Source: Octopus bimaculoides (Eukaryota). Taken from it: a DNA stretch of 64,000 nucleotides. Shown piece by piece: positions 51,160-63,827 of the stretch (the first letter of the stretch is position 1; every line of letters begins with the position of its first letter). Position numbers and translations under genes: made by a program. The DNA is taken from the NCBI RefSeq assembly GCF_001194135.2, contig NC_068983.1:61008610-61072609 (forward strand), in the 5' to 3' direction. The notes under the pieces were generated by a model. It made no database searches and was not told the DNA's origin. It saw nothing but the letters and a program-made list of their open reading frames with translations.

Positions 51160-52334
51160 GAAGGGGAGCTGAAACGTTCCTGGTTTCAAAGGTGACGTAA
51201 AATTATACATCTCTTAGTTCTTCAGGGAAGGTAAAACAACTATCTACGTACGCAAAAAATCATGATGTTATACAATATTTCTTTGTCTTTTCTTCAGATT
51301 GAACGCACGATGTTGGCTCCTACAGTGGATTTTGATAAAATTTAAGCACGGGCGGTCATGAAATACCTCTGTTTTGCGGGGGGGGGGCATTGTGAGATAA
51401 AGAAAGTCTTGAAGAATGACTGTCCATCTTACTTCACATTTGGGTGTCAAAGTTTCAAACTGGTCATTTGGAGATCACAGATGTATACCAGTCAAGACGG
51501 CCAACTACCGCGGCCACAGAGGAAAAAACTGACGCTGTGCACGTCATTATTCTCGACGATTGCCGGATTAGTTGAGTTTCTGGCGATTTCCCTCGAAAGA
51601 AGTTACCACATTATCCACAACATTCTGGATATGAGAAAGCTTTCTTCGAAATGAGTACCGAAATGCCAGAACGCAGATCAGAGGTGATCAGTGTGACGAC
51701 ATCAAAGGCGGGTTTGCAGCGGGAGAGGCCAATTTTATGACTCGTTTAATCATCATGGATGCTGATAGCTTCATCATTATGACCTCTAGACCAAGCAGAA
51801 ATCAATGGAATTTATCCGTAACGATTCACTGCGTCCCAAAAAGATTCGGACCCACAGCTGTAATGATTCTGGGCTGCAATACTTCTCATAAAATACCTGC
51901 CAAAGGCTCGCACCATCAACTCAGAATATTACACGCTTGTTTTGGATGAATTGGGTAAAGCTTAGAAGCAGACACGCTGAAACATGGTGTCCTATTTTTC
52001 CAGGACAATGCACCGGCACACACAGCACATGAAAATCCATGGAAATATTCGACTTTGCTTCGAATCGGTCGACCACCTATCATACTCTCCTGACTGGACA
52101 CCGTCCGATTATTCACTCTTTTTACAATTGAAGAAAAATCTCCACGGAACGAAATTTCACTCCAATTCTGAAGTGATCCCTGGTACAGACGCCTAGTCGG
52201 TGACCCAAACATTCGAGTTCCTTTTACAAGACTAAGCGTGTGAATCAGAATAGAGTATATGTTGAATGAAATCATAATTACCTGATCTTCCAGTATTTTC
52301 TTTTAGACAAAACAAGCAACTTTTCAGCACCCCA
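51160..52334 (+). mobile_element. Near full-length decayed mariner
   Basis: TA then GAAGGGGAGCTGAAACGTTCC; right end RC TGGGGTGCTGAAAAAGTT; YFFQDNAPAH region and YSPDWTPSDYSLF. Confidence 0.85.
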
Positions 52335-53901
52335 NNNNNNNNNNNNNNNNNNNNNNNNNNNNNNNNNNNNNNNNNNNNNNNNNNNNNNNNNNNNNNNNNN
52401 NNNNNNNNNNNNNNNNNNNNNNNNNNNNNNNNNNNNNNNNNNNNNNNNNNNNNNNNNNNNNNNNNNNNNNNNNNNNNNNNNNNNNNNNNNNNNNNNNNNN
52501 NNNNNNNNNNNNNNNNNNNNNNNNNNNNNNNNNNNNNNNNNNNNNNNNNNNNNNNNNNNNNNNNNNNNNNNNNNNNNNNNNNNNNNNNNNNNNNNNNNNN
52601 NNNNNNNNNNNNNNNNNNNNNNNNNNNNNNNNNNNNNNNNNNNNNNNNNNNNNNNNNNNNNNNNNNNNNNNNNNNNNNNNNNNNNNNNNNNNNNNNNNNN
52701 NNNNNNNNNNNNNNNNNNNNNNNNNNNNNNNNNNNNNNNNNNNNNNNNNNNNNNNNNNNNNNNNNNNNNNNNNNNNNNNNNNNNNNNNNNNNNNNNNNNN
52801 NNNNNNNNNNNNNNNNNNNNNNNNNNNNNNNNNNNNNNNNNNNNNNNNNNNNNNNNNNNNNNNNNNNNNNNNNNNNNNNNNNNNNNNNNNNNNNNNNNNN
52901 NNNNNNNNNNNNNNNNNNNNNNNNNNNNNNNNNNNNNNNNNNNNNNNNNNNNNNNNNNNNNNNNNNNNNNNNNNNNNNNNNNNNNNNNNNNNNNNNNNNN
53001 NNNNNNNNNNNNNNNNNNNNNNNNNNNNNNNNNNNNNNNNNNNNNNNNNNNNNNNNNNNNNACACACACACTTGTGCGCAATGTTTACGGAGATCAATAC
53101 TTTCTTGCAGAAAATATTTTTCCTCTCCTTTAAATCTTTTCTAATATCGAAAGAAAAAAATGTAGATAAAGAAAGAAATGAAATGTAAATTAATAATAAT
53201 GATTTGCTAATAAAAAATATTAATAATAAAATTTGTTGAAATTTGATTATATTCAATAAACATTTCCTAGCTTATCCAAGCAATTCATTCTTATTAAAGA
53301 AACAAAATTGAATAAAATCACTACAAAACATCATATTGCATTCGGGCAATTTCAACATGATTTTAGCGTAACCATGGAGAAATCGTATATATCTCTACGT
53401 TGATTTAGTAGCTCTTTGGACGTCTTATTCCCCACCTCAAATATTTCTTGTTCTATCTCTCTGAACTTAACTCTCTGCCATTCTCTGTCTGCGTCTCTGT
53501 CTGACTGCTGTCTGTCAGATGTCTGTTTGTCTTCCTACCCCACATCATCTGTATTGCGCGTGCTTCAGGATTTCTATCTATCTACACACGCAGACACGCG
53601 CGCGCGCACGCATACACAGACACACACACACACATATGTATCCATTTATCTACCTATCTAATTAGCTACACATATCAACCACTCTCTAACTTCCTGTCAC
53701 TGCGAGGGAACGTAAGGGTCACTTAATATAATACATTACCTACCAGCTATTTGTACTAAACAATGCAGTTATAGCATATAGGCGCACTTTATCTTTTAGA
53801 CAGTATTATTAGTTCATGTTTCGATGGGATGTGAATTTTTTCCCTTATTTCTTATTTACTTTTAAAATGTTATAAAATGTTATCATTTCTTTATGGCTAT
53901 G

Positions 53902-53977
<76 letters not shown>
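53902..53977. repeat. (TAGA)n microsatellite
   Basis: Direct reading. Confidence 0.95.
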
Positions 53978-53978
<1 letters not shown>

Positions 53979-54413
53979 GTGGAGAAAATTTCGGGTTGAG
54001 AATATTGAAAACATAAAAAGATGCACGCAAATATTTCGCACTTAAAATCGTTTGTTGCAAATATTCTCAGAATATATTCGATATACGTATAAATACTCCT
54101 CTACATACATTCAAGAGTCGACCGTTATAACTTTATCAAAGAATGTCTATTATAAATCAATATGTGTGTGTGCACGCGCTCACATTTCTGTGTGTTGATG
54201 TTTCTCTATGAATAAATATCCGGCCTCATCTGAATAAGGTATATGCATATAGTATTGCGTACGTATGTGTCTGTGATTTGCGTTGCATAAAGCTTTATAC
54301 TTATATACATTTAAGGATGTAAATAGATATATATGTACATATATAAGCTAGTGTGTGCGTGCACATGTATATATATATATGTATATAAACATGATTTACA
54401 TCGTTTGGTTAGA

Positions 54414-54453
<40 letters not shown>

Positions 54454-54649
54454 GTGTTTGTGTCTAGGTGTGTGCATATATGTATTCGCACGGTACGACA
54501 GGTACTTCGAGACATATGGTGTAACACAAGAAACACGAGAAAAAAATCAAATGAAATTTAATAAACATTTCAGTACACGATTTCGAAATGGTTCCTTATT
54601 AGATTCTTCCTACAATCTATTTTCAGTTTCGCTGACTGTTTCAATGCGA

Positions 54650-55250
54650 AATTGGGATCGTTGACATATCAACACTAAATAGGAATTCCTTTCACATATA
54701 GTTATACATTGCGGGCATATCTTGCACAATGGTGATCTTCAGTAGTGTACCGTAGAATTCAGTCTGATGAATTTTAAGGCCACAAATTTAGTCCTTCATT
54801 ATCGATAAATTGTTTGACATCTATACCTGGATTACATGAGCTTTGTTAAAAAGTGCTGTATGGTAATTCCTGCGTACTTAAGTCATCAAGAGCTTAACAA
54901 CTGTCTCCGGCAGCATTGAGTTTAAGAGCTTTAGAAATTACGGCGTAGCATGACATGATGTTTGTCATTTACCACTCCTAAAATCCTATATATAACCATC
55001 TGCGATTTCTTCGGTAAGACGATCGACATGGTCGAATTTCCCCACCCCCTCAGAGGAGAAGCAAAGCATGCCACATTCATGAGGTTTTCTACATTGTTTA
55101 GTCCAGACGGTTTTCCTGTGTCGTTATAGACATGAATTGGATACTCCTCTCTATGTCCGACTTGTTACGAACGTCGGTTCTGATTGTCCAATCTGCCATC
55201 AAAAAAGTTCCAGGTCAATGACTTACATCGATTTTCCGCAGTAATTATTG
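54650..55250 (-). pseudogene. Decayed Tc1-type transposase
   Basis: CFSSEGVGK (VWGCFS-like) upstream of WP*NSSD (WPxxSPDLNPIE-like). Confidence 0.45.
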
Positions 55251-56508
55251 ATAATGTGTCAAAACTGCTAGTAATTTTTAGTGCTTAGATATTTAAAATT
55301 TTTTTCGTTTCTTTGATTCAGTTGAAACATTCCCGACAGAGACATTGAAATCTGTTCGAAATTTGTGCTCAAAATGTCTTGCAATATTAAGAAAGCAAAC
55401 AATAACTAAAGCGTTGTCATATGTTGTTCTACGCATATTGCAACGATGGCCGCATGACTTTAATTTTACGCTTCGTAGTTTGTATGTCGCAGGTCATCCC
55501 GACCACACAGTTGCGAATGCGTTTAGTAAACGGAAACTGATAGCAGCCGACCTATTGACACACAGACAGGCAAACACAAACACACAAACACAAACAACTA
55601 TTTTATATGTATGTAGATATACGTAGTATATATATATGCACATCTATATGTATATATATATAGATAGATGTATTTATATATATATATATATATATATNNN
55701 NNNNNNNNNNNNNNNNNNNNNNNNNNNNNNNNNNNNNNNNNNNNNNNNNNNNNNNNNNNNNNNNNNNNNNNNNNNNNNNNNNNNNNNNNNNNNNNNNNNN
55801 NNNNNNNNNNNNNNNNNNNNNNNNNNNNNNNNNNNNNNNNNNNNNNNNNNNNNNNNNNNNNNNNNNNNNNNNNNNNNNNNNNNNNNNNNNNNNNNNNNNN
55901 NNNNNNNNNNNNNNNNNNNNNNNNNNNNNNNNNNNNNNNNNNNNNNNNNNNNNNNNNNNNNNNNNNNNNNNNNNNNNNNNNNNNNNNNNNNNNNNNNNNN
56001 NNNNNNNNNNNNNNNNNNNNNNNNNNNNNNNNNNNNNNNNNNNNNNNNNNNNNNNNNNNNNNNNNNNNNNNNNNNNNNNNNNNNNNNNNNNNNNNNNNNN
56101 NNNNNNNNNNNNNNNNNNNNNNNNNNNNNNNNNNNNNNNNNNNNNNNNNNNNNNNNNNNNNNNNNNNNNNNNNNNNNNNNNNNNNNNNNNNNNNNNNNNN
56201 NNNNNNNNNNNNNNNNNNNNNNNNNNNNNNNNNNNNNNNNNNNNNNNNNNNNNNNNNNNNNNNNNNNNNNNNNNNNNNNNNNNNNNNNNNNNNNNNNNNN
56301 NNNNNNNNNNNNNNNNNNNNNNNNNNNNNNNNNNNNNNNNNNNNNNNNNNNNNNNNNNNNNNNNNNNNNNNNNNNNNNNNNNNNNNNNNNNNNNNNNNNN
56401 NNNNNNNNNNNNNNNNNNNNNNNNNNNNNNNNNNNNNNNNNNNNNNNNNNNNNNNNNNNNNNNNNNNNNNNNNNNNNNNNNNNNNNNNNNNNNNNNNNNN
56501 NNNNNNNN

Positions 56509-57010
56509 CACACACCTCTCACATACACAATACTCACTCACATACATAACACACACGCACGCACGAAAACATACACAATATACGCATACACGCACGCACA
56601 AAAAATATACACACACGCGCACACGGAAACACACATACAGACACACATAAACACACACACACCCGTACCTAACACTCACAATCCCATACACACACGCACA
56701 TCCACACACATACACACACACGCACACACCCATAAACACACACACACTTCTCACCAACACTACACACTCACACAGACACGCATACAATCACACACACATG
56801 GGCATAAACAAAACACGCACATACAATAGCAAACGCACGCACACACACACACGTACACAGCAACGCACATATACACAACATACACATACACACAAACACA
56901 CACGCACGCACAAAAACATGCACATACACACACGCGCACATACAAAATACACACACACACGTACACGTACCCAACACCTACAACCCCACACAAACACGAA
57001 CACACACATA
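56509..57010. repeat. Degenerate (CA)-rich tract between gaps
   Basis: Direct reading. Confidence 0.9.
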
Positions 57011-57718
57011 CTCAAAAAACCGCCTGTTGACCTACTNNNNNNNNNNNNNNNNNNNNNNNNNNNNNNNNNNNNNNNNNNNNNNNNNNNNNNNNNNNNNNNN
57101 NNNNNNNNNNNNNNNNNNNNNNNNNNNNNNNNNNNNNNNNNNNNNNNNNNNNNNNNNNNNNNNNNNNNNNNNNNNNNNNNNNNNNNNNNNNNNNNNNNNN
57201 NNNNNNNNNNNNNNNNNNNNNNNNNNNNNNNNNNNNNNNNNNNNNNNNNNNNNNNNNNNNNNNNNNNNNNNNNNNNNNNNNNNNNNNNNNNNNNNNNNNN
57301 NNNNNNNNNNNNNNNNNNNNNNNNNNNNNNNNNNNNNNNNNNNNNNNNNNNNNNNNNNNNNNNNNNNNNNNNNNNNNNNNNNNNNNNNNNNNNNNNNNNN
57401 NNNNNNNNNNNNNNNNNNNNNNNNNNNNNNNNNNNNNNNNNNNNNNNNNNNNNNNNNNNNNNNNNNNNNNNNNNNNNNNNNNNNNNNNNNNNNNNNNNNN
57501 NNNNNNNNNNNNNNNNNNNNNNNNNNNNNNNNNNNNNNNNNNNNNNNNNNNNNNNNNNNNNNNNNNNNNNNNNNNNNNNNNNNNNNNNNNNNNNNNNNNN
57601 NNNNNNNNNNNNNNNNNNNNNNNNNNNNNNNNNNNNNNNNNNNNNNNNNNNNNNNNNNNNNNNNNNNNNNNNNNNNNNNNNNNNNNNNNNNNNNNNNNNN
57701 NNNNNNNATATATATAAT

Positions 57719-57890
57719 AGGCGCAGGAGTGGCTGTGTGGTAAGTAGTTTGCTTACCAACCACATGGTTCCAGGTTCAGTCCCACTGCGTGGCACCTTGG
57801 GCAAGTGTCTTCTACTATATCCTCGAGCCAACCAAAGCCTTGTGAGTGGATTTGATAGACGGAAACTGGAAGAAGCCCGTTGTATATACG
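57719..57890 (+). mobile_element. Long-family SINE 5' half
   Basis: GGCGCAGGAGTGGCTGTGTGGTAAG..CCCACTGCGTGGCACCTTGGGCAAGTGTCTTC. Confidence 0.9.
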
Positions 57891-57929
57891 TATATGTATA
57901 AAAGTTAAAGATGACTTTTGAAGATGAAG

Positions 57930-58200
57930 CAAATGTGTTTTGAACAGACACCTTCTCAGCCGAAGACATCTTTTCAAAGCCGATTGTTTTTCCTCTTGAG
58001 TTGAAATCATCTGAGAGCAGAAATTTGTCTGTTGTGAATACTTTCAAAATGGTGTTACTCAGTGGCTGGTAAAATTTATTTTTCACATCTTCATCGGCAT
58101 CAAAAACTGGATTATAAACTGAGATGAGTGTAATAAAGCTGTTAGGTAAACGTACACTGAGAGTCGTAAGTCGTTCGTTGATGAAATTTAGAATTAGTTT
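57930..58200 (-). pseudogene. LINE (RTE-like) AP-endonuclease fragment
   Basis: NERLTTL..LISVYNP..DEDVKNKFY..LLSDDFNSR corresponds to ISAYAP / KDKFY / GDFNAR. Confidence 0.7.
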
Positions 58201-58569
58201 GTAATCTCAACCCTCAAATGATCTTGACGTTAAGAACAAAACCAACTCCTTCCTCTTTCTTTTCCGAAAGAAAGAATAACCATAAATGGAGGCTCGAAAG
58301 AATCTTTTATTCGAACAATGCTTATCTTGTCTCTTTTAACAGTAAAGAAATTTTTCAAGCACTATTCATAATAACAATAATAAATGCACCTTTGCACTTG
58401 TAGTGAAGAAGGTGTAGCAAAAGATGTCGTTGAGGTAGCAGATGAAATAGGCATATGAGCGACATCAAAGTAAAACAATGGGAAAGCATTGGATTGTGGT
58501 TTAAATAATTTATTTGTTGTATACACCAAAAATTTGTTGTACACACCAAAAAATTCACTACCTGACATT

Positions 58570-59380
58570 ACCAACTTGCTTCGAGTTGGTCAAGTTTCCC
58601 TGAGAAGAGCAGGAGTAGGGTTGTGTACATTTCTCGGCCTGATCCTTGAACTTTCTGTGGTACCAGCAGACTGAGGGAGCAAGAAGTGCGCGTGTGCGCG
58701 AGAAGGATCGGCGCCTGGTCCTCCTTGCGGAATGATCCCTTGAAGACGAACGGTTCCTACACATGCGTGAAACCTGACTTCAAGATTTCAGAGGATTGCA
58801 TGTCATCCGGAGCAGAAGTAGAATCTGGAGAGGAAGATGAAGAAGCGACAAGGTTATCTGCGGAGGTGGAGAGTTGTTCAAGGGCCGTATGTTCCATCAT
58901 AGGAACTAAAATCGACTGGACATTAGAAGGCATCCTCGAGAAGAAGAATTGTTTGACAAATGCCTGTTCCTCATATGAGCTATCGGACAACTCTCGGGTT
59001 CATTGCAAAAACTGGGTGGGGTTCGGTTCCCAAGATGCTCATCCTGCAAGAGTGTGCGAAATTTATTCGCAACAGAGAGTTACGCCGGCGAACCTCAGCT
59101 TTGAAGATTTTGTAAGTCATATCCGATGAAGTTCCTGTTATCATATCTCGCACTGAAAGTGCGAGGGGAGAAGGAATGCCTGTAAGAGCGATATGGAGTT
59201 TGCTCTGGTCCGACTGAATGTTAGAAGAAATGAAGAACGATTCCAATTGTGAAAACCACATCTTAGCATCTCCATGATATTGATGCAAAGGAAAATTACT
59301 CATCTTGGACGATAATAGGAACGGAACGGTACGAAGAATAAGCTGGTTGAAAGAAACACCGTTAGAAATAGCAGCCAAAC
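58570..59380 (-). mobile_element. Gypsy (Mag-like) gag relic
   Basis: AKMWFSQLESFF..SDQSKL, LGNRTP, FFSRMPSNVQSIL, and CWYHRKF..AEKCTQP zinc-finger remnant. Confidence 0.8.
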
Positions 59381-59914
59381 ACCCTAGCTGAAAGAAGACA
59401 CGACGAGCAGCAAACTAAGAAAATTGTTTTTAGTAGCAGAGAATGAGAATAAGAGTCCTTGCTAAACGGATAAAGAACAAAACATGGCCAACACGTGGAT
59501 AATCCGGGTGGTTGAGAGGAAGAAATTCGTACATAGCACGTAGGAAAATTTGTTGTCCATGTGAATTCTGGAGAAAATTTCGGATAATTTTTTTTTTTTT
59601 CATGCAAGTAAAAAATTCTCCTGTGACGCTGTATCTTCAAATGACCAAGTTGTAAATTCGATTACAACCCGAGTAAAAATGATTGCGGATTCCCGCTTGA
59701 AAATGGCACCAAAATTTTCTGGTGAAGAAGACAATATGGCGACGAGAGACATCAGTGGCGTTTCTATATGACGAATGGCGATTTGACTGCGTAGCCAAAG
59801 TTGTGAAGGAGAAAAGGGAATACGTATCCACTGGTCCGTATTCGCCCCGTGTTCACCATTTTGGAAGTATAGTTCTGTTCCGCTTCAGGTCACCATTATA
59901 GTCGGATAGTTGTC

Positions 59915-59930
59915 CATGTTGGGGTCACCA
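59915..59930 (-). promoter_or_regulatory. tRNA-Trp primer-binding site
   Basis: TGGTGACCCCAACATG matches the known Trp PBS TGGTGACCCCGACGTG at 14/16, both differences G to A at CpG. Confidence 0.7.
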
Positions 59931-61133
59931 TTTTGGATGGTGTAGGTTGTTGTTGAGCCACTTAATATGATTCACTCAGAAAGCTGTGATCTCATTTGGT
60001 AGTGGACCCAGATAAAGAACATGTGAACTAGGTTGCAATCTTAAACACGCTTATTGTGGTCACACGTATATACACAACGAAATGATAAATAGAATGGTTG
60101 GTGTACTGAGACCATGGTCTTCTGTGCCTTGCTCCTGTCTGCAAACTGGCCTGTTGTATAAGAGAGAGCCAGTCTAGTTACGTCCTCACAGCTCGTGTGT
60201 CAGTGCAGAAAAGAAAAAAAGATGAGTATTTGAACCTTAATGTTGCGTAACGTCACCTATATCTGGCCAGTTTGCTTGACTCACTGTCAAGGGGGGCAAC
60301 TGCGCCTACAGAAGCCCCTGTCGTTCCTGCCAGTATCAACTGGCAACAGTACTAACAGTTTCAGTCTCACCGGTCTTGGAGAGCCTGCAGTTATTATCGA
60401 CACTGTTCTTGCCTTCAGACCAAGCAAGTAAAATAAAATAAAATATGAAAATATAAATTTTTCAAGAATTGGTTAAGTTGTTGAATGAAATATCAAGAGG
60501 AAAAAGTAATACTGAGCGCGTTGGTTTGTTTGCAGTGGATCTTATTACCGGGGAGGGCCACATACTGCCGTTTCAGGACCATACTCTGCGGCACGCAAAA
60601 TGAGACGCAATACCAAATAATAAAATTGAAACGGACTGTCGCCTACGTCAGTTCAACTGGCATTGCCTTCCTCTGCCGTTCAAACGTGATTGAGATCAAA
60701 CATTGTTGTTGTCGATCCGCTTGCTCCGCTGTCGAGGTTTTGAACGTGTTCAGTCTGCGTTGCCGTTTTCGACCATAACGCCATGAGCGTCCCAATTAGG
60801 AGTACTAAACTTCCGACGACAACAATCTCAAAATCATTGAACCACGTAAGCCCCCCCACCACCACCACCACGACAAGAAACGAAAATAAATTGACAATAA
60901 AAAAATATTTATTACTCAAAATACCGACACAGTCCCTCACTCGCTTGAGCATTATAATAAAGAATAATGACATTTCCATCCAAAAATGTTTAAGACAACC
61001 TAGAGCATTCACATTACTGTGTTGAGGGACTGAAAATCCCAAGTACAATGAAGAATATTATATGATATTTCGGGAAGATAAGATTTCCACAATTACTTGT
61101 CAACGACCCGGCTTTTCTCAAGAAAACTAAAGG

Positions 61134-61236
61134 CACTAGCGTAGCTAGAGTGTGTGACGCCGGGGTAGACCTTCCGTTTGTCGACAGCAGACCCAAAAGT
61201 ACCGCGCCCTACTGCCCTCTCCTAGCTACGCTAGTG
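61134..61236. mobile_element. 103-bp MITE-like element
   Basis: Perfect 15-bp TIR CACTAGCGTAGCTAG; flanks ACTAAAGG and ACTAAAAG (7/8). Confidence 0.7.
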
Positions 61237-61909
61237 ACTAAAAGTGCATGTGAAGCAGGAGCGTATATTACGGGTGTGCTAAGTGTGCGCTGCACACCCA
61301 GCAAAAGTGGCAAATTCATTATAACTATTAACTTTAATCACTAATCTTAATAGAAATTTTTTGTTGTATTCCTTGCTTGAAATTTGGTGGCAGCACACCC
61401 AATACAACATACACCATACACAATATGTGAAGTGACCGAGGATTGAAACTGGGATGCATAATTAACTTACTAACAATTAATTTCTATACTATATTTTATG
61501 CCTTAAATGTATAAATAACATCCTATCTATCTGCTTGAGTTGTTTGTATCTACTTACAGCTGACATTAACCTGTAAATAAGCTGATAACTTTTATCAACT
61601 GTCAGATACTATACTTATTTTTAACATGGAGAGCATCACGTATGGAATAATTTTTATTTTTATACTTAGATAATTTACAAATGATATTTTTACTTATTAA
61701 GATAAAAAAAAATCAATGTTTCTGTATTTCACATAAGTGTTTATTTGCAATTATCATGTAATCAATAAAAATACTGGTAACAATTGCTTTATATAGGCCT
61801 GTGGTGCATCATGTAAGTTAGTATATATATATATATATATATACATACAGTTCCTTTTGTCACATGGTTTTAGTTTCGGTGTTCAGCGTAAGTTCTATTT
61901 GTCGCAATT

Positions 61910-61924
61910 CGGCTTCTTTAACAG
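61910..61924 (+). promoter_or_regulatory. Candidate splice acceptor before the ceramidase coding exon
   Basis: GGCTTCTTTAACAG ends 9 nt before the ATG. Confidence 0.5.
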
Positions 61925-61933
61925 TTGTTGACA

Positions 61934-63100
61934 ATGTATGTGAAAATAATAACCATTCTAATCTTTGTGACTGTTGTCTCAGGCTTCGTTTTAAAGCCGT
62001 TTGATGGCAAATGTGTTACGGATGCTTATCCACCAAAATCTTCCACTGCTGTCCCGAACCTGACTATCAACTTAGATCTGCCTGCTCACGACCGATGGAA
62101 AGAAGTAGCTATAAAGTACAAAGATTCTATGAAAAATCTCATCGGAGTTCTCAAGAAACTGGTGGGAAGCGTACCTGTTGCGGGAGACCTAATCATCAGA
62201 GTTATTGATAATAATTTTGAGAAAATTATTCCCACACTTCCTGCTCCTTATGCTGATGAAATGATTGGGTTGGCCGACTACTCTGGTATCAACCGTGGCG
62301 AGATACTCTTATATAACATCTTCTACGAAATATTTACAGTATGCACATCGATCATTGCTGAAGACAAAAATGGTGAGTTGTTTCATGCTCGAAATCTTGA
62401 CTTCGGTTTATTAATGGGGTGGGACCTTAAAAACAACGATTGGGCCATTACAGAGGCCCTTCGGCCCATGATTATGAACTTGGATTTTCAGAAGAACAAC
62501 AAAACTGTTTTTAAATCTGTAAACTTTGCTGGTTACATCGGAGTCCTGAGCGGTGTAAAACCAGGTGTCATTTCACTCACTTTAAACGAAAGATTCAAAC
62601 TTAAAGGTGGCTTTATTGGAATAATTCAGTGGCTGCTGGGTCAAAGGACAGCTAAATGGTCAGGTTTTTTAACGAGGGACACCCTTACGTCTGCAACTTC
62701 CTATCAAATGGCTAAAAAGGAGCTTTCCCAGACGGAACTACTAGCACCCGTATATTTCATCTTAGGTGGAACAAAGTCTAAAGAAGGATGTGTTATCACA
62801 AGATCCCTAAACAAGTCTGATAATATATGGGAAATGTCTGCAGCGAATGGTTGGTACATACTGGAGACAAATTACGATCACTGGTTGCCTCCACTGATTA
62901 TCGATGATCGCCGAACCCCAGCAACGTTCTGTATGAATAAACTCACTCAAAATAACCTTACAATGGCTGGAATTTACAACGTACTCAGTACAAAACCAGT
63001 ACTTAACAAACTTACAACATACACTGCATTAATGCACGCAAAAAGTGGATTCTTAGAAACACACATCCAAAAGTGTACTGATCCTTGCTGGCCTTGGTAA
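61934..63100 (+). CDS. ASAH1: Acid ceramidase (N-acylsphingosine amidohydrolase, Ntn hydrolase), 388 aa, single coding exon
   Basis: First ATG at 61934; hydrophobic signal peptide; FTV/CTSII nucleophile site, ARNLDFG, GCVITR, ETNYD, DDRR, C-terminal C.DPC..W; uninterrupted frame. Confidence 0.96.
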   Translation: MYVKIITILIFVTVVSGFVLKPFDGKCVTDAYPPKSSTAVPNLTINLDLPAHDRWKEVAIKYKDSMKNLIGVLKKLVGSVPVAGDLIIRVIDNNFEKIIPTLPAPYADEMIGLADYSGINRGEILLYNIFYEIFTVCTSIIAEDKNGELFHARNLDFGLLMGWDLKNNDWAITEALRPMIMNLDFQKNNKTVFKSVNFAGYIGVLSGVKPGVISLTLNERFKLKGGFIGIIQWLLGQRTAKWSGFLTRDTLTSATSYQMAKKELSQTELLAPVYFILGGTKSKEGCVITRSLNKSDNIWEMSAANGWYILETNYDHWLPPLIIDDRRTPATFCMNKLTQNNLTMAGIYNVLSTKPVLNKLTTYTALMHAKSGFLETHIQKCTDPCWPW

Positions 63101-63325
63101 CAAAAACAATATTTTAACTAATATTTTTATAAAAATGAAATTCTAGTATTACTGCTTTCTTTTTGTGATGATACTATTTTATTTTCCATAAACTCTAAAC
63201 TGTCACAGCTGAGTGTCTTGACATTTTAATTTTATTTTCTAATTTCTCTTGCTTTATTTGGAATTTTTTTTATTCTAAATGTTTGGTACTTTTGTAAAAA
63301 CTTTCAAATAGCAAGTTATTTTTGT

Positions 63326-63331
63326 AATAAA
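63326..63331 (+). promoter_or_regulatory. Candidate polyadenylation signal
   Basis: AATAAA 225 nt after the stop, T-rich sequence downstream. Confidence 0.5.
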
Positions 63332-63611
63332 TATTTTGTATATCATTAAATCTAGATGTCATTTTATTGTAAACTACTTAACACAAACCACAACTAACCT
63401 CACCACCTGACTGAAAGAGTTTGGGCGTGGTGTGTTTGTTTATTTGCTTTGTTTCTTTTAATGACGATAGTGGAGTTTCCAAATTATCCTGTGAAATTAT
63501 GCAGCTATGTGAATAAACCATTTTTAAGCGAATATTAATTGAATATGTCTTTTTTTAACATTTTTTATATTATCACGAGTTGACATCTGTATTGTCTCAT
63601 ATTCACTTGGG

Positions 63612-63827
63612 TAAGACGGCGAGCTGGCAGAAACGTTAGCACGCCAGGCGAAATGCTTTGCGGTATTTCGTCTGCCGTTACGTTCTGAGTTCAAATTCCG
63701 CCGAGGTCGACTTTGCCTTTCATCCTTTCGGGGTCGATAAATTAAGTACCAGTTGCGTACTGGAGTCGATCTAAATGACTGCCCCTCTCTCCAAAAATTT
63801 CGGGCCTTGTACCTCGAGTAGAAAAGA
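63612..63827 (+). mobile_element. Intact short-family tRNA-derived SINE with 13-bp TSD
   Basis: A-box TGGCAGAAACG, B-box GTTCAAATTCC; ATATTCACTTGGG at 63599-63611 and 63828-63840. Confidence 0.93.

Noticed and set aside
52232-57901. Long ORFs made of X runs and HT/YI/CV repeats (also near 9.0, 19.7, 43.7, 46.4 kb)
   Set aside because: Artefacts of N gaps and dinucleotide microsatellites.
60680-61048. 122-aa minus-strand ORF as a gene
   Set aside because: No recognisable motif; hydrophobic run comes from a (GGT)n repeat.
61874-61887. 14-nt micro-exon flanked by AG and GTAAGT
   Set aside because: The following intron would be only 37 nt.
63612-63700. tRNA gene (also other A/B-box heads)
   Set aside because: No full cloverleaf; continues into SINE body with TSD.
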